64,000 nt of DNA from a virus (lineage: Duplodnaviria > Heunggongvirae > Uroviricota > Caudoviricetes), in IMG/VR virus record IMGVR_UViG_3300018475_000004. One strand, 5' to 3'. A model generated the notes under the pieces. That model ran no database searches. It was not told the DNA's origin and worked only from the letters and a program-made list of their open reading frames with translations. Positions 55,278-64,000 of the stretch are shown here, piece after piece; the stretch's first letter is position 1; every line of letters starts with the position of its first letter. The position numbers were made by a program, and so were the translations under genes.

Positions 55278-58200
55278 TTAGTTCGTCTAAGCCAGAAGCC
55301 TCTAAATATTATTCCATAAATCTTTAGCATCTTCAGTTCCAGCTCCTACCCAATTGGCAATATCAACTTCTTGATATTTTTTTAAATTATCTTGATATAA
55401 TTTATTATATATTTCTCCACTTGCTGCATATAATTCTTCACTATCTTGAGACTTTGCAAAACGCTCATCTTGACTCAAAATAGAGGTTGCGGCTAACTCA
55501 GCGGCGACTTCCATTTCTTCTGCAGCCTGATGGGTAGCACGAACAATTTCTTTTAAAGAATTAATATATTCTTCATTAGCAGTATCAATGCCTAATTTTT
55601 GAAGTTCTACAGAATCAAAAGCAGCTTCTCCCATTTCATCATAAAGAGCTACTAAATCATCAATTTGTTTTTGTTGTGCTTCATTACTAGCTTTATTTAT
55701 AAGAGCAGTATCAATAGCTCCAACAACTCCACCCGTTAATGCACCTGCTAAAACTGCTGGAGCATTACCAGTAATCATCATTGCAGCCATTCCTGTGACC
55801 ATACCTTCAACTACGCCCTACCAAATAGATTTATCATCAGTTCGAGTAAGTTTAGTTTGATCTGCCTCAGCTTTTAAACGACTAGCATTTGCATTTGCCA
55901 TTGTACTTGCAGCATATGCTTCTTGAACTTTTCCATATTGATTTTCTTTAGCCGCATCAATTGATTCTTGTTTAATAATGATTTCTCCACCGACAATATC
56001 GTAATCTTCTCCACGAATCAAATTACCAGCTTTAATTAATTGTAAAGCTGCTTCATTCGCTCCGTTTAAGGCATCTCGATATGCTTCAGTACCCTTAGTT
56101 AAATTATCAAGACTGTCTCTAGCACTTTGATAATTTTCCATAGCAGAAATCATATCTTCATAAGATTTCTTAGTTTCTTCATATGCTTCTTTCAAATTAT
56201 TTGCTGCTTCAGCAGCTTTGTTAGCAGCAATAGCATCTTTATTATATTCATCAGATAAATATTTTACTCCAGCTGCTAATGCAGTAATTACTAACGTCAA
56301 GCCTGCAACTACTAATGCAATAGGCCATAAAGCTGCCCACAATGCTCCAACACCACCTGCAGCAACTTTTGCAGAAATAGCAACACCATCAAAACCTGCT
56401 GCTGCAACAATAGAAGAAGAAACACTACCTAACATTGCAAGATTGTTTCCAGTAAAAGCAGTTGTAACCATTGGAATAACCATTCCAAGAGATGTAAAAG
56501 TGGAAAGTAATTTCTCTCCAAAACTCATATCTTCATTATTCCAAGTATCAATTAATCCTTTTACTACATTAATACTCATAGCAATATTACTAATTGTATT
56601 TGCAACTGCCATAAATTTCTGGCCGACAGTTGGTGGAGGACCTTGCATTCCACTAATAGCTTCTGCCGCAGCATCTCCATTAACTTTTATATTTTTTAAT
56701 TTTTCTGCTAAATCCGCAGTAACAATACCTTGCTGTCTCCAAGATTCAATTAACTAATCAAGAATTGCATCAACTTGAGTGCCATCCATTCCCATTCCAG
56801 TTAAAGAATTTTTAACAGTTTCTGCAGTATTTAAAGCTTCCAATGCAAGATCATCTAAATTGCTTTCAATTGCATTTAAAGTAACTACTACGCTATCTCC
56901 GTTATTTAAAGAGTGTAAAATGGCATCAAAATGTGAAATATCAAGGCCTGCCGCTTTAGCCTAATTACTCATTTCAGTCAGTTCTTTAATTATTGTTGCA
57001 CTATCTAAACCTTTATTTTGTAATTGTTTTAATTTCAAAAAAACATCATACAAAGAAGAATACTACATCTAAGCTTTTTGAGCTTCATCAATCTGAGGTT
57101 TTAAAGTTGTTTTAAAATCAACTTTTTTGTCTTCAGGATTTTTTGTATTTTGCTTCTAAACAGCATATCTTAATTGCATCTCATTTTCTCGAGTCTACTG
57201 TTCAGCTGCCTCTAAAGATTTTGCAGCAAGAATTGCTTGCTCTCCATATGCTTCATTTGCTTGTAATAAATATTGAACTTGCTTTTGATTTTCTTCTGAA
57301 AGCATCTAACCTTGAGCAGTTAATTCTTTTTGTTTTGCTAATACTACATCTGTTAAAGAAGCATATTCACTGAAAGCAATTTGAGATGCAGAATTTATAG
57401 GACCAGTGTCTACATTATCTGCATACATTGTTTTTAAAGAATTTTTTGCTTGCTCTCTAAGCTCCATTAAAGACTAAACGCCCTCTTTAGAGCGCAATTT
57501 AATATTATATCCCCAATCATCAATCGCTTTTGCCATATCTTTACCAAACATTTTAATCATGAGGCTAGATGCAACAGTAAGTACTCCAGGTAATCCACCA
57601 AGAGTGTCGATAGTATCAGAGATAATATTTAAGAAACCTGCAAAACCATTATTTAAATCAATAAAAAATTCATCGTTCAATAATTGGTTATAAATTTCTT
57701 CTGCCGCTGCAGTAACTCTATCTTTTGCAGCTTCCCAAGATTCTGCATAAATATCTGCTTGTTCTTGTAAAGTGCCAGTGGCATTATAAGCAGTATTTAA
57801 GTTAGCTGTCATACTATCAGAATCTCCAGCATTCCAGTTATCCATTAAAGCAATTAGCTAAGTATATTGACGAACGCCAGCAACAGTCTATGCTAAAGCA
57901 ATTTGTTGATCCTTCGCTAAAGTTCCCCATTTTTCAGCCATTTCATTTAGAATGTTATCCATCTTTTTGATTTCGCCATTCTACTCAAAAATGCTAATTC
58001 CAATTTTTGATAAAGCTTCTGAATATTTATTTAAAGAAGTTCCATCTTCAAGAGTTTCACCTAAATTTAAACCTTGAATACGTGCAAAAATAGTTTTTAA
58101 TGCAGTACCAACAACTTCTTCACTTTGACGAGTGTTAGAAGTAATAGTTGCTAATGCAGAAGCAGCATATTCATAACTTAAACCAATAGTCTAACCAATT

Positions 58201-59069
58201 GCCGCAAACTTTTCTAAACCGCCTGCAATTTCATCAGTACTAGATGCAGTTGCTGCACCAAGAGCAGTCATAACATCAGCATAATATTCCAAAGATTTGG
58301 AACCGTCATAGAAGTTATTCCAAACAGCAGTTAATTGATCAGAAATTTTCTAAGCACTTTCACCTGCGGCATTTGCCATTTTTACAGTTACTTCTGTTCT
58401 CTTGGCAACTTCTTCATCACTTAAACCCTATTGATAAAAAATCAAAGAAGCGTTAGTATATTCTGTAGTAGTTGTGCTTAAAGCCTAAGCTGCCGCATTA
58501 GCTTCTTTTGCAAATCGTGACATTTCATCAATATTTGCTCCAGTAACAATACGAATATTATTTAAAGATTCATTTAAATCTTGCGCGTAACCATAGGCAG
58601 ATTGTACCGCTCCCATAAAACCATGTAACATACTAGAAGACAATTGCCATCTAGCAGTATTCATAAGAGAAGTTTTAAATTCTTTTAATACACTATTTGT
58701 TCTTTTTAAAGGAACTTCAGCGTTAATAATTGCTTTTGCTAATTTAGCAAAAGCTTGATCTCCCTATGGACCTAAAGAACTTAGAGTTCTGGCATAATCA
58801 GAAATTTTTGTTTGTCCCTAACTTAAGCTCTGATTAAATTTACCTAAATCTAAACCACCAGATGCATTTTTAGAAGACTCTAACATTGCCTATAATTTAG
58901 CGACTTCATTAGTTGCCTAAGCTATATCTTTAGTAATACCAAGGCCTGTGGTATTTTTACTTGCAGTAGTCATTAAATTATTTAAAGCACTTTGTAAATC
59001 TTGGATTTGCTGTTTAGCTTGTGTATTACTTGCCGTAAATCGCAAATCTACATTTAACTGTTTAGCCAT
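55278..59069 (-). CDS. Tape measure protein (about 1263 aa, many TAGs)
   Basis: ATG at 59069 with ribosome-binding site AAAGGAG. Alpha-helical Ala/Gln/Lys-rich sequence with hydrophobic segment ALWPIALVVAGLTLVITALAAG. Fragments 57474..57845, 55818..56648 and 55302..55802 share the frame and are joined by TAGs. TAA stop at 55278. Confidence 0.6.
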
Positions 59070-59097
59070 TTAAAATACTCCTTTCTCTCCAATTTTT

Positions 59098-59146
59098 ATT
59101 TTGCAAAATAAAAATAAGCCGGTTAGATTGAAATAATCTAACCGGC
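59098..59146 (-). terminator. Hairpin with T-run (minus strand) between the chaperone-like gene and the tape-measure gene; possible attenuator
   Basis: 12-bp stem GCCGGTTAGATT/AATCTAACCGGC, then TTATTTTTATTTTG on the minus strand. Confidence 0.5.
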
Positions 59147-59193
59147 GATTATTCCTAAATAGATTGAAAATCTAGATAGGTTAATAAATGTAA

Positions 59194-59733
59194 TTAGCCC
59201 AATTTAGCCAATACATCCTTTAATAAAGCCATATTATTTGGATCAGCTAACTTACTCTGAATTTCAGTTGCATCTAAATTTAAATTACTATAATCTGCAG
59301 TAATATTTTCTAAAATACCCATAGCAGAATTACGATAATTATAAATACTTTTAATAGTATCCCAAATACTTCCTTCCAATTCCTCTAAATCTTCAGTACA
59401 AATATGACTAGTAATATCATTATATAAACCGGTACTTACTAATAAATCATACAATTTAAAAGGATCTTCTTTCTGCTTTGGAGTGAAAGTTAAATTAGTA
59501 TAAGTATATACCATTTCTAAAGTAGTATATAACTTTACTCTCATAGGATTATAGAAACCATTATCATCAGTAGACTGATTAATAATACGAGAAACTAAAT
59601 CCATTTTTTCTTTAATAGGAAGATAGTTTTTTACTTCATACTGGATAACTTCTCCCTTTGAATTTTCGTGACACATAACAAAATCACGAGAATTGATTTT
59701 CATATCAAGTTTAGAAAATGGAATTTTTGCCAT
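59194..59733 (-). CDS. Putative tail assembly chaperone (179 aa)
   Basis: Intact acidic ORF immediately upstream of the tape-measure gene. Confidence 0.4.
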   Translation of the reverse strand: MAKIPFSKLDMKINSRDFVMCHENSKGEVIQYEVKNYLPIKEKMDLVSRIINQSTDDNGFYNPMRVKLYTTLEMVYTYTNLTFTPKQKEDPFKLYDLLVSTGLYNDITSHICTEDLEELEGSIWDTIKSIYNYRNSAMGILENITADYSNLNLDATEIQSKLADPNNMALLKDVLAKLG

Positions 59734-59795
59734 TTATAAACACTCCTTTATCTCTTTTTATATATTATATCAAAAAAATTTGAGCGAGTCAAATT

Positions 59796-61121
59796 TTAAT
59801 TTCCTTTGGTAATACCAACCTTACGCTTATCAGTCATAGTCTTATCGCCTTCTAGAACAACATTACCTTGAATTAAAGCAATATAATTTTCAGTTTTTAA
59901 TAGCTGTTCCATTCTTTTAGAGAATGTCATAAAGCCGTAAGGAGTTAAAACATACTGGTTGCCCTCTTCTGATAAATGTAAAACTTTATGCATAACAGTA
60001 GCAAGACCGTAATTTGCTAAGGCATTGTAGTCAGGACTGCTATCTTTTACAACCCAAGGCTATTTTTCATTTTCAGCATCATTTAAAGTACTCAATAACT
60101 AAAAAGTTCTTCGTACTGATATATCTAAATTATCTTCACCATATTCGCCAATAGAAACACTTGTAGAAGCATTCTAGTTCCATGGCAACTGATTCTTACC
60201 AGACTTAGCCTGAATATTAATAGATTGTAAATTAGTAAGTACGTCATAAGTCTCATCTGTGATTGAAATCTATTTATTTTGACCATTGGCGGCTTCTATA
60301 TCCTAAAATAATTTAGACAAAGGAGCTTTTATATATTTATCAGATCCTACTGGACGATATTCAACCTCTATATCATTTAAAATATCTGGACTAGTAATAT
60401 CAAAAGCAATTAAGTCTTGAATTAACTAACCTCTATGTCTACCTTTTCTACCATCTGTATTTAAATAAACACTACCTAAACGAATACTTTCAATATTTGG
60501 GATCTTTAATTTTCTAAAAAAAGCAACACCTAATTCTTCTAATGTATCACCCTTCATTTGATTTACATTTTTTAAAAATTCATTTACAACACCACTATCA
60601 AATGAAGTAATGCCGCAAGCATTTAATGCAGTTTGAACTTTTTCAAGAGTTGCTCCCATTACAGTTTGATTTCCAAATTCATTTACAGAAGAAATGTTTA
60701 ATTCAGTCATTAATTCAGTTAATGATTTTTCTAAGGCTTTTAAAGCATTTTGTAAATATTTCCATGCATTTTGACTTTTCTATTCATCTTTACTTGCCCA
60801 ATAAAATCTATTCATTGTCGTGACAAAGTGCTCTATCATTTCATTGATTCTATCTGCTTCGTCTCCTTCAAATGAATCTATTACAGTTTGAAAATTTTCT
60901 TTACCCAAACCATCTAAGTTTTTAAATTTAGAATCCATTATTGCATTTTCACATTCACGAATTTTTGCAATCTAATAGTTTCTAATTGCAGTGTTATCTG
61001 GCACTGAAACTTGGTTTAATAAAGAATACTATGGAGTTCCGCTATAAGGGTCCCAAAAAGGATTTTTATCGGCATATCCTTCAATAATATTTCTTCTAGC
61101 AAATTCACTACCAATACCCAT
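59796..61121 (-). CDS. Tail structural protein (about 441 aa, several TAGs)
   Basis: Fragments 60426..60710 and 59796..59993 share a frame with ATG 61121; ribosome-binding site GGAGAGAAAGG; joined by TAGs. Confidence 0.45.
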
Positions 61122-61205
61122 TATTTTCTCCTTTCTCTCCGGATAAAACAAAAAAGGGGAGAGATAATTTCTTATCTCTCCCCTAAAAAGTTATTTAATT
61201 GTAAA

Positions 61206-62258
61206 TTACATCAAATACTTCTCGTGAGCAGGATCGTGAGAAGTACGAGTACGTGCTCCGACTTCAGCAGCGTTACCAGTCTGGATGATCTGGATAGCAG
61301 CTAGAACCTTCTTAGTAGGATCGAAGCGAGTGTAGTCTGGGAATGCGTCCATGGTGAAGGTGAAAGTAGATGGATCACCAGAAGAAGCCATGGTGAAAGT
61401 GAAGTTAGACTGAATCTTGCAGTTAGGAATGATGAACTCAGCAGGCATATCAACACCGTTAGTATCACGGAATAGAGTAGAAGCCTCTAAGTAGTAGTTA
61501 CCACCGAACTTGTCGGGAGTAATCTCAATCTGCTGTGCGGCAGATGCGTGTTCAACATAATAGTCGACCAATACGACATCTTCGTTAGCAAATACATTTA
61601 CTTCATCAAAACCAGGGTTAGCTTCACGAGAAGGTCTTGCGCCAGTGACAGCGGCACCATTCAATACAATCATCCAACCATCGGCCTCGTCTTCAGAAGT
61701 ACCATCAGCCATAGGTGCATACCAATCGCTCTCTTCATCAAAGACAACAGCGGTAACAGCATTGTGATCAGGAATATATGGTTCAGTAGCAACTTCGCCA
61801 TTATCTAACTTCATAACATAAATTAAATCTTCATGAGCACCAACTAAAGCACCATCAGCATTCATTTTACCAACGTAAGGCTTTTGAGTCAAAACAATCT
61901 GAACTTCAGTACCTTCAACTCTAACCTTATTAGTCTGCTCAGTAGTGTGAACCTTTAGAGTGTTCTTAGAAGTAGCCTCAACCAAGCCAGCACCAGATAG
62001 AATCATGAAGCCAGCGGGAGAGATCAATGCATCTTCCATAGTGAAAGTAACAGTTCTCTCACCTTCCCAAGCGATTAGACGAGAGTTACCACGACCGCCC
62101 TGTGCGTAAGAAGTAGTAGCAGTACCTTCCATGCTGGAAGTCTTCAAAGTGTCGAAATAAATAACAGGCTCATTCTTATAGAAGACTTTATTACCAACCT
62201 TCTGAGCGGCCTTTGCCTTTAGAACGACATCACAAATTTCGCGAACGCCAAATTTCAT
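61206..62258 (-). CDS. Major tail (tube/sheath-like) structural protein (350 aa)
   Basis: Intact ORF with strong ribosome-binding site AAGGAGG; leads the tail gene cluster; C-terminal beta-rich region FTFTMASSGDPSTFTFTMDAF. Confidence 0.45.
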   Translation of the reverse strand: MKFGVREICDVVLKAKAAQKVGNKVFYKNEPVIYFDTLKTSSMEGTATTSYAQGGRGNSRLIAWEGERTVTFTMEDALISPAGFMILSGAGLVEATSKNTLKVHTTEQTNKVRVEGTEVQIVLTQKPYVGKMNADGALVGAHEDLIYVMKLDNGEVATEPYIPDHNAVTAVVFDEESDWYAPMADGTSEDEADGWMIVLNGAAVTGARPSREANPGFDEVNVFANEDVVLVDYYVEHASAAQQIEITPDKFGGNYYLEASTLFRDTNGVDMPAEFIIPNCKIQSNFTFTMASSGDPSTFTFTMDAFPDYTRFDPTKKVLAAIQIIQTGNAAEVGARTRTSHDPAHEKYLM

Positions 62259-62281
62259 AGGTAGTATCCTCCTTAAAAATA

Positions 62282-63007
62282 TTAGTGGATATTTTTCATC
62301 CAGTTATCCGGCTAAGAATCCGGCTTTGCGCCAGCCAACCGAGACCGAATATCCATATCCCAATTAATATATAGCATATATCTTTCAACTAAATCGTATA
62401 ATTGGAACATGGTCAATTCAGTCGCGTCTTGTAGAGACATTGAATGTAGTCCTACAGTAATGATTGAAAGATATTGGCTAAATATACTTGTGTTAGTTTC
62501 GCCCTTTTGAGCCGCAACTCTCTAACGTCCTCGCATAAGTTTTTCAGCGATCTCTCTCGCTTTAGCATCTGCGGGATTGAAAGTTGTCTGATCCATAGGG
62601 CCAGTTTTTAAACAGCAAATAGTTGATATAGCATTTTGTAAAAATTCAAAGTTAGTTTCATCAATTTGAATATTTGCTGAGCCATCACTTAATAGCACAG
62701 AGCGTGGTGTCATCAGCAATCTATGTTTTGGAAAAAACAAAGAACAAACTTGCTAAACAGCTCTTTTTTTATCTGCCGCTTCTTTTTCTGACATTATCGT
62801 CATAAATATCTAAAAGTTGCTCGTATTGAGTAAATCACTTTCGTCCTTTACAAACATAGATTTATTCAAACACAAACATTGAACTCCTGAGAAAAAATCT
62901 GTCTCCCCAATATATGCAATTTCTTTTATTTGAGGCTAATGAACTGTAATCTATAATTCTGGAACTGGATAATCAGCTCCACACATTAGAGCTAATCTAG
63001 TATCCAT
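62282..63007 (-). CDS. Hypothetical neck/tail completion protein (241 aa, 6 TAGs)
   Basis: Contains ORF 62522..62740; continuous frame from ATG 63007 to TAA 62282 once TAG is read through. Confidence 0.45.
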
Positions 63008-63009
63008 AA

Positions 63010-63600
63010 TTATTTATCCTCATTAAAAATTGCATTAAAGTTCTCAATAAATGCCTCTTCATCCATTGGATTCGGCATAAATTTTTTATCTTCTTCTCCA
63101 TGGATTGCTCTAAAAGTAATACATAAACCAGCATATTCATCGGTAAGTAAAATTTGATTAGCACCATTAAATTCTAATTTACCAATGCCAGTTAAATGCT
63201 ATTCACTAAACATAGAATCTAATTCTGCTGCAATTTTATATGGACGCAATTCAAAATCTTTCATATGCCATTGATCATAATGACAAATAATATCAAATTC
63301 AATAATATTATCTCTAAATTCTGGATTAGTACGATTTGGTACAAAATTATCAAAACTAACGATAATATAATTTAATACAGAATGATCTATATATAATTTT
63401 GGAACAATTTTTATTTGCTCTCCAAATAAACTATTGGTCTACATTTTAGTTAGTTTTGGTCTATCTAAACAATCCTTGGTTGTGTAATAAAGCATTTTCT
63501 TTAAACGATCATTTTTCATAATCATCTAAACAATAATACCCATATCCTTTTCTAAAGCTAAAAAACTAGACTTAGGATATGTATAAGTTTCAATTTTCAT
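63010..63600 (-). CDS. Hypothetical structural protein (196 aa, 3 TAGs)
   Basis: ATG at 63600 with ribosome-binding site AAAAGGAG; continuous to TAA 63010 once TAG is read through; not in the ORF track. Confidence 0.45.
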
Positions 63601-63626
63601 ATAAACACTCCTTTTACTCTTAGTTC

Positions 63627-64000
63627 TTAAAATAGAGATTCTACTACAATAGTCTTACTATATTTTGAATATCTCAATTCAAACTAACCGCTGAATGATC
63701 CTTCCCAGGTAACTACTACTATACGAGGATCATCTTTATCAATATCTAAGGTCACAGGATATTTTTTATCCACTTCCCAGACTGCTCCAATATTACCATC
63801 AAATTTAAACACAGCAGGTTGTCTAATTTTAATGAAGGTATCACCAATAATCTTACCACCAGCTACATTTGGATCTGGAATTTCTTCAATTAATCCATCT
63901 ACAACACCATTTTCAACATCATCTTCAAATTCATTTGCATAATATTCAACTGCGGCAATCTCTAAAATACCAGGAGTAGAAATCCAATCAAGAGCTTCAA
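63627..64000 (-). CDS. 3' end of an upstream structural gene (partial, 1 TAG)
   Basis: Open frame runs from the window edge to TAA at 63627. Confidence 0.35.

Noticed and set aside
55278-55311. Programmed -1 ribosomal frameshift joining the two tape-measure frames
   Set aside because: There is no X-XXY-YYZ slippery heptamer or downstream structure at the overlap. An indel or two separate genes is more parsimonious. It is still reported as a finding because it is unresolved.
62296-62316. Direct repeat ATCCGGCT-aaga-ATCCGGCT upstream of the major tail gene
   Set aside because: It lies inside the 3' end of the read-through gene 62282..63007 and is too short to interpret.

Overview
This window is a 64-kb piece of a large, AT-rich dsDNA phage genome. 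Strong AGGAGG-type ribosome-binding sites, GTG/TTG start codons and extended -10 promoters suggest a Firmicutes-like host. Anaerobic ribonucleotide reductase genes (nrdD/nrdG) suggest the host is an anaerobe.

Two convergent modules meet at bidirectional terminators at about 12.6-12.9 kb. Positions 1-12570 on the plus strand hold an early replication and nucleotide-metabolism module. Every gene there is intact under the standard code. It contains an HNH endonuclease, a frameshifted Dda-like helicase, a DnaE-type polymerase with a PHP domain, a guanylate-kinase-like dNMP kinase, NrdD/NrdG, a dUTPase and a RuvC-like resolvase. Positions 12.6-64 kb on the minus strand hold a very long late (tail and structural) module.

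The central observation is that the late genes are full of in-frame TAG codons, more than 85 of them. Reading through each TAG in the same frame joins the ORF-track fragments into long genes. These include a tape-measure gene of about 1263 aa, a following ORF of about 1830 aa, and proteins of 1859, 965, 948, 718, 724 and 701 aa. Every genuine stop checked is TAA or TGA, and no gene in the window ends in TAG. The RuvC-like resolvase needs read-through of one TAG to reach its catalytic C-terminus. One late gene has two TAGs inside a QQPQQVAQQQP-type run. Together this points to TAG being reassigned to a sense codon, most likely Gln as in genetic code 15.

No suppressor tRNA was recognisable in the window. 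A contiguous block of about 14 kb of late genes (21211-35181) has no TAG at all. That block includes a 2156-aa protein with BspA-like leucine-rich repeats and three tail-fibre genes, so the late region is a mosaic.

Other features: an identical 30-bp TTGACT-N17-TGnTATAAT promoter cassette occurs twice in the early module. A GGACCG direct-repeat array sits downstream of a strong terminator. The tape measure is split across two reading frames. A small HExxH ORF is hidden by the recoding.
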